DNA of 64,000 nucleotides from TPA_inf: Saccharomyces (Eukaryota). Where the stretch lies: the NCBI GenBank assembly GCA_000146045.2, contig BK006949.2, forward strand, positions 384,001 to 448,000, read 5' to 3'. The translations under genes and the position numbers were made by a program. This document shows, piece after piece, positions 12,573 through 22,635 of the stretch. The notes under the pieces are model-generated. The model was not told where the DNA came from. It did not search any database and saw nothing but the letters and a program-made list of their open reading frames with translations. Every line of letters begins with the position of its first letter. The stretch's first letter is position 1.

Positions 12573-12701
12573 GTGCATTTCTTATTTCTTAATTTTATTG
12601 TAGCTTTTTTTTTTCAACTAATATGATAATTATATATATACCGGATTTGTTGAAAGCCAGTTTTGCAAGGATAAAGAAACTGCGATTTAGCAAAAGTCCC
12701 T

Positions 12702-14105
12702 TTAATGCTTCTTCCATCTTTGATCTACTTTCTTTTGAGTATTAGGTGTATACCATACACTTTCAGATCCAAAATCAGCCTCGGACATTTTTACAAACGA
12801 AATAAGGCCATTATCCATAATAGCGATAATAAAGCTCCGATATCCCGTCTTCAATCTACGATTTTGCTGTATGTGAGGTGGGTACGCCTTTCTCTTCTTT
12901 TTCGTGCTAGACTGTGCAGTTTTTTTTTGAAAACTTGCTTTCATAGACGACTCACTTTTTTCAGTTTGAGATTTCGCGCTCCTCTTATGAATATATTCCT
13001 TTCGTGGGATATCTTCAACGTAGGAGTTTGTCTCCCAATCGTCATCATCCTCGATTTCGCTTAAAAATTCGAATTTATAATCAAGTGAGGAAAACATAGA
13101 TCGCAGCTCTTTATAGGTAGGAAAATGCTGAAGATCGTCATTTTTATTGTAAACGAAAACTTGGAAATCAGGAAGACCGGGGTCTCTTTTCTTGAAATTA
13201 GAATGGGGTTTCCATACTTTAAATGTCAAGGGAATATCCTTTACCTTTTGAAATTCCCTATCAGATTGTGCATCCAATAGCTCTTTTTTATTCTTTGGTA
13301 CAGCCACGGAACGAACAAGCCTATTTAAACCCTGGTATAACTGTGGTGAAGTCGTATATTTACGAAAAAAAAAATTCCACTTAGAATAGAAGAAACCACT
13401 AAACAGCGATAACTCTTGTATTTTAAACAATGAAAGTAATCTCCAAGTGATTGCTTGTAAATTACTTCGTTGCTTTTTCAATGGGAAAAAGGAAGTCTTG
13501 ACTGCTGCTTCTTGATTGCTGGGTTTTAGAATAAAACCCAACCTTTTTAAATGAGCAAACACAAAATATTGGTCCATTTCCTGTTGCGATGAAAACAGCG
13601 AATACAAATCCTCCATACTGAGTAAAATCTCTGTTTCGTGCTTTGAGCTTTTGTTAGAGCCTGCTTCTAATCTATAATAAGGAAGAATAGTGCCTCTCTC
13701 TGCCAAATAAACAAACTCATGGAAGTCAAGCCAGAGTTCGCCTGTGCTATCAGCCCTTCCCATCGTTTGCATAAAGCTGCCTTTGGGTTTAAGTAGAACG
13801 GCTTGATGTTTATGGGGAACATAGTATCCTCTTACTTCAGATTTTACTGTTGTGCCTCTTATTGAGTCTGATATGGTATCAAACATGGCTTTACTTGCAT
13901 TATAGAGAAGCAGATCTTGCAAATTAGTCCCATCTGGTTCATAGTCTTTTTCACCCCTCTTTGGAAGTGAAAGAGCAGCATTTTTGCTAACGAGCGATGC
14001 GAGTTGCGACCAATCTTGTTGTAGTTCTTCTTCTTCTTCTTCTTCTTCTTCAAAGCCCGGATTAGATGTGGTCACTTGATCAGTTTTCTTCCCAGCGAAT
14101 TGCAT
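12702..14105 (-). CDS. SEN54: tRNA splicing endonuclease subunit Sen54 (467 aa). Contains an N-terminal poly-Glu run encoded by (GAA)9.
   Basis: 467-aa ORF. Length and gene order (convergent with BRO1, upstream of MOT1) match SEN54. The poly-E tract is at coding nt 14025-14051. Confidence 0.85.
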   Translation of the reverse strand: MQFAGKKTDQVTTSNPGFEEEEEEEEELQQDWSQLASLVSKNAALSLPKRGEKDYEPDGTNLQDLLLYNASKAMFDTISDSIRGTTVKSEVRGYYVPHKHQAVLLKPKGSFMQTMGRADSTGELWLDFHEFVYLAERGTILPYYRLEAGSNKSSKHETEILLSMEDLYSLFSSQQEMDQYFVFAHLKRLGFILKPSNQEAAVKTSFFPLKKQRSNLQAITWRLLSLFKIQELSLFSGFFYSKWNFFFRKYTTSPQLYQGLNRLVRSVAVPKNKKELLDAQSDREFQKVKDIPLTFKVWKPHSNFKKRDPGLPDFQVFVYNKNDDLQHFPTYKELRSMFSSLDYKFEFLSEIEDDDDWETNSYVEDIPRKEYIHKRSAKSQTEKSESSMKASFQKKTAQSSTKKKRKAYPPHIQQNRRLKTGYRSFIIAIMDNGLISFVKMSEADFGSESVWYTPNTQKKVDQRWKKH

Positions 14106-14479
14106 TTAAATTGGCAGAAGAACAGAGGTTTTATGTATGTTTATATCCAAACGTTTCGATAGCTCAAATGAATAATTTTTCATACTGAGATGAAGCTCTG
14201 CAGAGTTCGACTAAACTGTTTCTAGTTTCCCTTTGGCGCAACTTAACTATGAAAAATAATAAAATAAAAAAAAAGTCCAAGCCATAATCAATAGACAGCT
14301 AATAACCTGAATTTTAACAAGAGAATATGAAAACATTATCAATACTGATTTGAATATACCCGTAAATTCTATAAGACTCCATTAATATACCGTATTATAT
14401 TACAAGTTGATAATACATAAATGCGTTAAATAAAACAAAAATGACCTTGTATACGCGTCATTCCAATGCAAGAATTTGT

Positions 14480-17400
14480 TTATCGTAAAGTTTTGATGAA
14501 GGTGTCTAAATTATACTCCTCCTCGTATTGAGATGGGTCCCATAGCTCTTTCAATTCACCGAGGGCCTCTTTGGCTTTGCCAGTTAAACCAGTCTCGTTG
14601 GCAATATCTTCCATGCCCTTGGCTGCTTGGGAATCGCCATTATTCTTTTCCTCATTGTCCTGTGAGGTAACGTTATCGGGGTCGAAGAGATCAAGCAGCT
14701 GATGTGTATCCATGGATGCTAATCCACTGTTTTGCTGATTAACAACTGTAGAAGCTATATTCATTTTGAATTTCTGCAAACCCATGATTTTTTCTTCAAG
14801 CGTACCTTTCGTAATAATTCTGTAAACATTAACAACCTTTTTCTGACCAATTCTATGTGCTCTGTCCATTGCCTGTAGATCATTCATTGGATTCCAGTCA
14901 TGCTCTACAAAAATGACGGTGTCTGCACCAGTTAAATTCAGACCCAGCCCTCCGACCTTGGTGGTCAACAGTAGGCAATCAATAGAGGGATCTTCGTTAA
15001 ATTTCCGAACAACTTTTTGTCTGTCTCTTGGGTCAATGCTTCCATCTAGCCTCATATAGGTTACGGAGGGCATATACTTTTTAAACAAGTCATTTTCAAC
15101 CATGTCTAGCATATCTTTTAGTTGGCAGAAAATCAGGGCTCTGTGTTGTGATATGACATTTTGAATAGGAAAATTCTGATCTTGGCTTGCTTTTTTGTCG
15201 ATATCTTCTTCACCTATACCACATTCAAAGAGTAATGTTCTCAATGCGCTCAGTTTTGGAGCGTTGATAATATCGTGTAAATCTAGACCAGTTTGCTTTA
15301 AATAGTCTTGTACTTGCGCTAATTGCGGGTGATTTGGTGAAAGGACCAAAGCTGGATGATTACACAATTTTCTCATGTATTGTAAAGCTTGGAAAATATG
15401 TTGCTTGCCATCAGCAATCTCAGAATTTTCAATATCTTTCTCAACTACATTTTTTTGTTTTTTAGTAAAATCCATGTATAGTTGTTTTTGTAAATCACCT
15501 AATTCACAGTAGTAATCCTGAATAATTTTAGGTGGTAAATCAGATAGAACGTCTTCCTTCAATCTTCTCAGCATGAAAGGTAGAACTTGCTTATGTAGTG
15601 CCTCCAAAGCCAGTACACCTGCTTCCTGCTCCTTAGATGATGTTTTACTATTTCTTGACGCAGCGATTGGCTTTGCGAACCTTTCCTGGAACATCTTTTC
15701 CGTTCCCAAAAATCCCGGCATTAAGAAGTCAAACAGAGACCACAATTCTAAAACGTTGTTTTGGATGGGAGTTCCGGTTAAAATTAATCTATGGTTTGCA
15801 GTAATTTCTTTAACAGCCTTAGCAAGTTTTGATTGAGAGTTTTTAATTATATGTCCTTCATCCAAAACACAATAATTATATTCAGTTTTGTTTAGGACTG
15901 CGAGATCATTTCTAGCTACGTCATATGATGTTACAATAATATCAGCATCACTTAACTGTGGTCTCAGAGTTAATCTGACAGTTGGGCCACCGGCATACAC
16001 AACAACCTTTAAAAAGGGAGCATACTGGTCAAACTCGTTTTCCCAATGGCCAGTTAAAGATGGGGGGCATATTATGAGAGATGGTAAGGCTCTACTTTCA
16101 ACAGAACGCGTTTTTTCATAATCTTCCTTCCTCAAATATTGATCGCTTGCGATAATGCAGATGGTTTGTAATGTTTTACCCAAACCCATATCGTCACACA
16201 ATATTCCATGTAGATGATATTTGTTCAGGAATGCCAACCAGTTAACACCATCTTGCTGATATTTTCTTAAAGTCGCCTTGATGGCAATGGGTAATTTAAA
16301 TGGCTTAGCTTTAGAAGGATCCATCATTTGTTGGATAAAATCACGCTCCCTCTCTCTGCTTGCCACTAGTTCTTCTGGGAGTCCTTTTGGATCGGCGATA
16401 CCAGCTTCTAAAGGAACTAATTTGATGATAGAAGCAAATGTTGTTGTAGCTAAATTCCTCACATCTTCGTTCGAATCACTCATGCGACCCAAAAGTGGAA
16501 CTATTAAGAAAATGACGTAAGGTAGAACATCGGTTTCCATAGAAAGTGATAAATGATAAATAAGCTCCGTGGACCCTTGACGATCGGATAGAGAACCAGC
16601 GCTATTCATTAAAGGCAAAATCTCACGTATGGTGTAAGCCATTACCTCCACGGAGGAAATTTTAGCCAGATCAGCAAAAGTTCTTGCAGCTGAATAACGA
16701 AAAACAGATAAGTTTGATCTTAAGAACGTTAATAAAACAGGGAAACGGGTAAAAACCTCACTAGAACGTAGCGAATCAGACATAAATGGGAATAGAGCTC
16801 TTAGTACACCAAATGAGTCGACTATTTTTTGACCTTGCTCGTTGTCAACTTTACTTGCTTCCTCATTTTCATGATCAGATAATGAATCAAATAAAATCGA
16901 TCTAAGCTGAGGTAGTTTCTGTAATATAGAAGGCCCAAGAACTTCAAATAGTATTTTTAACGTAATCAACCCACCCTTCCTTTTTAGTTGAGCCTCTTCC
17001 GACATCTTTGCGAGATTAATGTCATCTTGTGCGGCAATCGAATTAGATTCTTTTATTAACGTCAATATTTTTTCTTTATATTCTGCATTTACGGAGAAAT
17101 CAGGAACTTCTGAAGTATCAACGCATAAAAATCCGCAGAGATTTTTGACTATCTTACCAGACACATTAACTTTATTATTTTCTAACAGTTGCTGAATCAA
17201 ATGTACGACCGATTCTCCGGCCATCGTTTGTAACTTTTCATTCCTTTCTTCTTTAACACTGTCCATTAGCGACCTGATAATGGGGTTTAATTTAAGAGGT
17301 AGACCATCAAATAACAAGATGGATGATGCGTAATTAGCGAGAATGCTGCCTGTACGAAGTTTTGCGGATTCTTTGGCTGAATTGATTGCCATCAACACGC

Positions 17401-20083
17401 GATGCTTAGAATCTTCTAATGGCTTCTTGGCCAATAGTTTGTAAGAGTTGTTCATGGATTTGAACATTTTATCATAGTATTCGCCGTACACTTTTTCTGC
17501 TGTTTCAACACCAAACGCATGTGGACCGGCTTCTGTTTCGCCTTGAACCACAATTGCTACGTTGGGTAGTTTGTACTGAGGTAACATACCTACATCCACA
17601 AAGGTAGCCAGTAGGCTTTGACATTGAGTCCTCAGAGCTTTTAAGCTAGGTACTAGCTCCCTAAATACAGGAAATTCATCGCGATTCAGTAACTGTTTAT
17701 TCATCACAGGACTGAAAATCTCTGATACAAAAGAAGGTAATTTTTCCCCTTCTGGATGCTTTTGTAACCACGAGGAGCAAAACTGTGAAACAATAATGCC
17801 TGCCAACATACGTGGAGTTGAGAATGGCAGCTCTAAACAACGAACCAGAACGTTTGTGAAGAAGGATTGAAGCGTGGAATCTTGAAACATTGACAATGTC
17901 AAAGCAAATGCCTTTGCTCCCATTATTCTAGTGTTCAATATTACGTCCAATCCTAGCAAAGTAATATCTCCAGCAATCATAGGTGCATCGATATTGATAT
18001 GTTCATTATTTTTTGGTATTGGAATGTCAGAATCTGTTGTGGTTTCAGATATAGAACGTTTTTTTTCTGGATGTAATTGATAGTGCTGGGAAGGCTTTAG
18101 AATATATTGTGATTCCATGGCATAATTCTTTCCCTTTTCCCCTACTGGCGTATTTAGAAGATGTAGTATTGGCTGCAAATGTTTACTGAAAACATGATCT
18201 AAAGTTTTTTCGGTATGCTTAACTTTATAATGCTCCAATAACGCAACATAAACATCAAAAGACAGTTGCAATAGTTCCGGGTTTTGCTCCAGTAAAATAT
18301 TCTGAAAAACTAGACGGAATACCTTGCCGTTTAACCAGTTTTTAGTAGAATCATCCTTTATTGATAAGAATGCAATCAGTAGATTCAAAACAGCCCTCCT
18401 CACAGAAGAAATCGAATGGCGTAAAAAGGGATACAATTTCGGTACCAGTGACTTGAATGACCACTCTGAAGGATGCTCTAAAGCCTTGTTCTTTAAAATA
18501 TCTAGTACTTCTTGGTGGTCGCACAACTTTGCCAATAGATCCATTATAGAACCTACGCTTGAAGATATATCATCATCTAAACGAGCTAGTAATGACCATA
18601 TCGTGGTCACCAAAATTTCTATGGTAGAGTTGTTTAATTTGACAAATTCGCTGGTTATTGGGGTTAAAATTGAGGCTGCTACGCTTTGAACGTCATCATC
18701 ACTTTGGTTTAAACCATATAGCACTATACGGACAACGTTTTCTAAAAGGCCATGGGCAAATAGGAAATTTGTCTTTATGCTGACGAAGTAACGAATCCCT
18801 AAAAGCCCTCCATGGGTAGCTTCCCATATTTTGTTCGGTAGACCTGTTTGTAGTGGATCTTGTAGAACCAGTTGTTCTAAACAATTAAATATTTTAATTG
18901 ATAAGGTACTGTCTAGGTGAATTAATAACGCAGCTAGAGTTTGCGCAACTGACTCTCGTACAGGGGCCACAACTGTATCATAAACATAATCACCAAATCT
19001 ATCCAATGCAAATACTGTAAGTAGACGGGACGCCAAGTCTTCTAAGCTTCTAGAATTCCTCAGGTTGTTCTCCTCTCGGGTATTCCCCTTAACCCTGCTG
19101 ACTCCATAAGCATGTTTTTTTACCAATTCTCGAAGACCCAACGCAGCTCCATGCCTTATTTCCCAATTTTCGCTCATTAGATTATCTAAAAGTAGTTCAT
19201 AAATGCCTTGGAATTGCCAAACTAGGCCAGCAACAATTTCGTGTTGTTCTAGCAATGGCCTTACTGTGGATTCTATCATTAGTTTACTTTCATCGGCTTG
19301 TTCAGTAATCTCCAGTTTGGGATTTAGCTGGTTACTGGTGGGAGAAGTGGCTAGCGATGCAGCAGAATTGGTCATATTTTTTCCATTTAATAAAGTCTTG
19401 GAAACTGAACTTTCCGTTATATCTACAGGATGTTTGGGAGTATTCTTAGCACTCATTTTCTTTTTTCGCCTTGCCATAGCAAGCATCCTTGCTGACTTCT
19501 TGTTAGCATTACTTTTATTTTCATTCGCCTTATCAGACGCATTTAGCATAGATGTTTCCTGTTTTATATCATCAGTTTTAGCTTGTTTTCTTATATTATC
19601 GTCAGCCTTACCAAGAACATTGTAATCATTCATACTCGACGCCAGGAGCACTTTACCTGACTTTAAAATTTCGTTCAATTTCCAATCAGACAGAGAACTG
19701 AGGTGATGGTCCTCCTGTAAGAGATTCAACTGATTGTTCTGAGTAGCCTCTTCCAATTTTATTTTCATTTCATGTTCCAACTTCACCTGAGCATTATCCA
19801 ATGGAGAACCTTCATTTGTACCACCTACCAAGTCAGATTCATTCGGATCCCAAGAAGGAGCATGGGCAACTATGCCACCCACAGCTCTTGCTGCAGTAAC
19901 ACGCGTTTCCCATTTCTTCACTAGTAAAAAGGGGTAAACTCTGGACAGCAACGAAAGAATGTCTTCGGGGTGCTGTTTGGCCAAGTCTCCCATTTGATCG
20001 GCAGCCATGTTCCGGACTACTTGGGTGGAACCGGTCTCTATTAATATTACCTGCCGGTCCAGCCTCGAAACTCGTGACGTCAT
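14480..20083 (-). CDS. MOT1: Snf2-family ATPase Mot1 (TBP-associated, 1867 aa).
   Basis: 1867-aa ORF with N-terminal HEAT-like repeats and C-terminal SNF2 helicase motifs (GLGKT, DEGHIIKN, LTGTPIQNN). Exact length match. Confidence 0.93.
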   Translation of the reverse strand: MTSRVSRLDRQVILIETGSTQVVRNMAADQMGDLAKQHPEDILSLLSRVYPFLLVKKWETRVTAARAVGGIVAHAPSWDPNESDLVGGTNEGSPLDNAQVKLEHEMKIKLEEATQNNQLNLLQEDHHLSSLSDWKLNEILKSGKVLLASSMNDYNVLGKADDNIRKQAKTDDIKQETSMLNASDKANENKSNANKKSARMLAMARRKKKMSAKNTPKHPVDITESSVSKTLLNGKNMTNSAASLATSPTSNQLNPKLEITEQADESKLMIESTVRPLLEQHEIVAGLVWQFQGIYELLLDNLMSENWEIRHGAALGLRELVKKHAYGVSRVKGNTREENNLRNSRSLEDLASRLLTVFALDRFGDYVYDTVVAPVRESVAQTLAALLIHLDSTLSIKIFNCLEQLVLQDPLQTGLPNKIWEATHGGLLGIRYFVSIKTNFLFAHGLLENVVRIVLYGLNQSDDDVQSVAASILTPITSEFVKLNNSTIEILVTTIWSLLARLDDDISSSVGSIMDLLAKLCDHQEVLDILKNKALEHPSEWSFKSLVPKLYPFLRHSISSVRRAVLNLLIAFLSIKDDSTKNWLNGKVFRLVFQNILLEQNPELLQLSFDVYVALLEHYKVKHTEKTLDHVFSKHLQPILHLLNTPVGEKGKNYAMESQYILKPSQHYQLHPEKKRSISETTTDSDIPIPKNNEHINIDAPMIAGDITLLGLDVILNTRIMGAKAFALTLSMFQDSTLQSFFTNVLVRCLELPFSTPRMLAGIIVSQFCSSWLQKHPEGEKLPSFVSEIFSPVMNKQLLNRDEFPVFRELVPSLKALRTQCQSLLATFVDVGMLPQYKLPNVAIVVQGETEAGPHAFGVETAEKVYGEYYDKMFKSMNNSYKLLAKKPLEDSKHRVLMAINSAKESAKLRTGSILANYASSILLFDGLPLKLNPIIRSLMDSVKEERNEKLQTMAGESVVHLIQQLLENNKVNVSGKIVKNLCGFLCVDTSEVPDFSVNAEYKEKILTLIKESNSIAAQDDINLAKMSEEAQLKRKGGLITLKILFEVLGPSILQKLPQLRSILFDSLSDHENEEASKVDNEQGQKIVDSFGVLRALFPFMSDSLRSSEVFTRFPVLLTFLRSNLSVFRYSAARTFADLAKISSVEVMAYTIREILPLMNSAGSLSDRQGSTELIYHLSLSMETDVLPYVIFLIVPLLGRMSDSNEDVRNLATTTFASIIKLVPLEAGIADPKGLPEELVASRERERDFIQQMMDPSKAKPFKLPIAIKATLRKYQQDGVNWLAFLNKYHLHGILCDDMGLGKTLQTICIIASDQYLRKEDYEKTRSVESRALPSLIICPPSLTGHWENEFDQYAPFLKVVVYAGGPTVRLTLRPQLSDADIIVTSYDVARNDLAVLNKTEYNYCVLDEGHIIKNSQSKLAKAVKEITANHRLILTGTPIQNNVLELWSLFDFLMPGFLGTEKMFQERFAKPIAASRNSKTSSKEQEAGVLALEALHKQVLPFMLRRLKEDVLSDLPPKIIQDYYCELGDLQKQLYMDFTKKQKNVVEKDIENSEIADGKQHIFQALQYMRKLCNHPALVLSPNHPQLAQVQDYLKQTGLDLHDIINAPKLSALRTLLFECGIGEEDIDKKASQDQNFPIQNVISQHRALIFCQLKDMLDMVENDLFKKYMPSVTYMRLDGSIDPRDRQKVVRKFNEDPSIDCLLLTTKVGGLGLNLTGADTVIFVEHDWNPMNDLQAMDRAHRIGQKKVVNVYRIITKGTLEEKIMGLQKFKMNIASTVVNQQNSGLASMDTHQLLDLFDPDNVTSQDNEEKNNGDSQAAKGMEDIANETGLTGKAKEALGELKELWDPSQYEEEYNLDTFIKTLR

Positions 20084-20705
20084 TTGAGGTGCTGTGTGTG
20101 TTGTGATACTTTTGTTCGTTAATATTGGAATACGATCGCTACTTATATTTTATGTTCTGAAGGACTCTAAAAGCAAATCAAAATAACCGCCGAGCTGTGT
20201 GTTCAGAGCTATAATAGCAGAATGGTGGTTTTTTTCTGAGCGCAATAGAAAATGGCGCGCAAACCGCCAAGGGAACGGAATTGGTGGAAATCATAAGCTT
20301 TTATATCAAGTGCAGCGGCCGGCGAGTGGGACGTGCTTTTTTTACTTTTGGGTTTTTGCGATGAGGCGGTAGACGCGTTGTCTTTGCGCCTGGGGCCCGC
20401 CGTCCAACGTGCGGGTACCGTACCCTGCAGTGTTGCAATCGTGTACTTGCCTTATAGTGTCAGCTATTGATCAAGGCCACATGCAAAATAGGGAAGGGGG
20501 GCATTGGCACAAAAGAGTGGTTAGACGCTCACAGGGGTGACTACGGTTACAAGTCTAAATATTTTAAGCCCATCATTACCGGCAATGCCCTCTGTACAGG
20601 AGTTATAAGAAAGATTATTCAATTTCGCGCTTGCATTATGAAAGAGGTTGCATTCTTCAATATCAGGTGAAATGTGTCTTGCCTAGACAATCTAAAAAAG
20701 GCTGC

Positions 20706-20718
20706 ACACCCATGCATC
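20706..20718 (+). promoter_or_regulatory. Rap1-binding site (ACACCCATGCATC) in the RPS9A promoter. It is followed by a T20 tract at 20760-20779.
   Basis: Match to the ACACCCRYACAYM Rap1 consensus about 240 nt upstream of the RPS9A ATG. A Rap1 site followed by a T-rich element is the canonical ribosomal-protein promoter architecture. Confidence 0.6.
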
Positions 20719-20949
20719 ATTCTAAAAAAATTATTTTTTTTCTTTTCATTTACTTTTCGTTTTTTTTTTTTTTTTTTTCAGTTCGATTTCTTGGTCGGAC
20801 GCGATGGCAAATTTTTCATCGAGAGATTATCGTTATAAAGGCCTGTTGATTTTCAAAGAGATAGAAATCTTCTCTTTTAAGTATTCTTTTTTTAATTAAT
20901 AAAAACACAAGAAAACTAATACAGCAACAGAAATACAAAAGTATACAAC

Positions 20950-22044
20950 ATGCCAAGTACGTCGTTAATCTTCTCCTTTTAAGGGGTTGAGAATATTTTT
21001 ATTAAAAAATCATACTTGCTATGATTTTGAGGATCGGGTCCTCATAAATATTTTGAAGAGCCTTTGTTGAATTTTTTTCTTTTCGTTTTGTTCAATAATG
21101 GACGGTTCTTCATAGAATACTTTTTTTTTCGGAGAAAACCTTTACACTGAACTCCCGACACTTCAGGTAAAGCGTTCCGAAGTAATTCAACATTAGAAGA
21201 GGAACATTTCCCCAGTTCTGATTATGTCTGTTGAAGATAACTCAAGTATTCTAGGCTTAATACAGAAATGTGTTAGGTTTGAGAACTCCATCATGGATTA
21301 TGCATATTCGTCAGTGACGTGCACAATTCTTTTGAAGATAGGAAGAACAAAACTTCAATAATTGCTTTAATAATATTTATGTAGTGATCTTGATCCTCGC
21401 ATTCGTTTGAAAAAGAGAGCGCTCACTAACAATGGTTGTAATTATCTTGTAAAACAGGAGCCCCAAGAACATATTCCAAGACTTACTCTACCCCAAAGAG
21501 ACCTTACGAATCTTCTCGTTTGGACGCAGAATTGAAGTTGGCCGGTGAATTCGGTTTGAAGAACAAGAAGGAAATTTACAGAATTTCCTTCCAGTTATCT
21601 AAGATTCGTCGTGCTGCAAGAGACTTGTTGACAAGAGACGAAAAGGACCCAAAGAGATTGTTCGAAGGTAATGCTTTGATTAGGAGACTAGTTAGAGTCG
21701 GTGTTTTATCCGAAGATAAGAAGAAGTTAGATTATGTTTTAGCCTTGAAGGTCGAAGATTTCTTGGAAAGAAGATTGCAAACTCAAGTCTACAAGCTAGG
21801 TTTAGCCAAGTCTGTCCACCATGCAAGAGTTTTAATCACTCAAAGGCACATTGCTGTTGGTAAGCAAATTGTCAACATCCCCTCTTTCATGGTCAGATTG
21901 GACTCTGAGAAGCACATTGACTTTGCTCCAACATCTCCATTCGGTGGTGCTAGACCAGGCAGAGTTGCTAGAAGAAATGCTGCAAGGAAGGCGGAAGCTT
22001 CTGGTGAAGCTGCTGATGAAGCTGATGAGGCCGATGAAGAATAA
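20950..22044 (+). CDS. RPS9A: Ribosomal protein S9 (197 aa), a two-exon gene. Exon 1 is 20950-20956 (ATGCCAA). The intron is 20957-21457. Exon 2 is 21458-22044.
   Basis: The spliced product reads [43 protein letters not shown]..., with an acidic [10 protein letters not shown] tail. 5' splice site GTACGT at 20957, branch-point-like CACTAAC at 21424-21430, 3' splice site AACAG at 21453-21457. A Rap1 site and a T-tract lie upstream. Confidence 0.9.
20957..21457 (+). other. Spliceosomal intron of RPS9A (501 nt).
   Basis: GUACGU 5' splice site immediately after a 7-nt first exon. UCACUAAC branch site 27 nt upstream of the AG. Joining the exons restores the S9 reading frame. Confidence 0.85.
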
Positions 22045-22171
22045 TTGTGCTGATTTTTATTTCTTAATTACGTGTTGAAATCACGATACTGGCATCCGAT
22101 AGGGGAGTTGTATTCACAATACTATCGATTTTGTAAAATAGGACGAAGAACTTTTTATATACGAGCATTTC

Positions 22172-22498
22172 CTAATTAGTAGGAAGCGGAAAATAATAAT
22201 ATAAGAAAGTAAACGCAAAAGATAGGCTGACTGCCTTCATTCGACTAGGAGGTGAGGCGACATATTTGTCACCATTCAAGTTACCGAGATGGTAGAGAGG
22301 TGGATGGCTCGGGTGAGCTTGATTGTACACTGCAGCAACGATGCTTTTTCTACCCATTTTATGAAGTTTAACATCCGTACCTTTCCACCTCCAAACATTT
22401 TTTGTAACTTCGTCCTTTGAAAAATCAAGAAGTAATAGGTGTGCAGTATAGGGCCGCTTGAGCGCGCAATATCGGTGAGTGAGGTAAGATCCATCCAT
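22172..22498 (-). CDS. Dubious 108-aa ORF (YPL080C-like) in the RPS9A-RPL21B intergenic/promoter region. Probably not protein-coding.
   Basis: ORF present in the six-frame track, with no recognisable domain. It lies in the promoter of a ribosomal protein gene. Confidence 0.2.
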   Translation of the reverse strand: MDGSYLTHRYCALKRPYTAHLLLLDFSKDEVTKNVWRWKGTDVKLHKMGRKSIVAAVYNQAHPSHPPLYHLGNLNGDKYVASPPSRMKAVSLSFAFTFLYYYFPLPTN

Positions 22499-22635
22499 AC
22501 CTTAGCAAATATGGTAGTGAGGAGGCCAACTGTATTGCGTTAAAGGCAAAAGGATTGGTATATACGAATGATTGGTAATTTGAAAAGTAGGTTTCGAATC
22601 AAAGAAACTGAGACAGTCAAGGACACTAAACAAAA

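Noticed and set aside
14106-14479. Searched the SEN54/MOT1 and other intergenic regions for an ARS consensus sequence (WTTTAYRTTTW)
   Set aside because: No exact 11/11 match was found by eye. A replication origin cannot be called without a proper scan.
19203-19625. 140-aa plus-strand ORF inside MOT1, with 18324-18689 and 15573-15836 similar
   Set aside because: Antisense shadow ORFs within a long gene, with hydrophobic nonsense translations.
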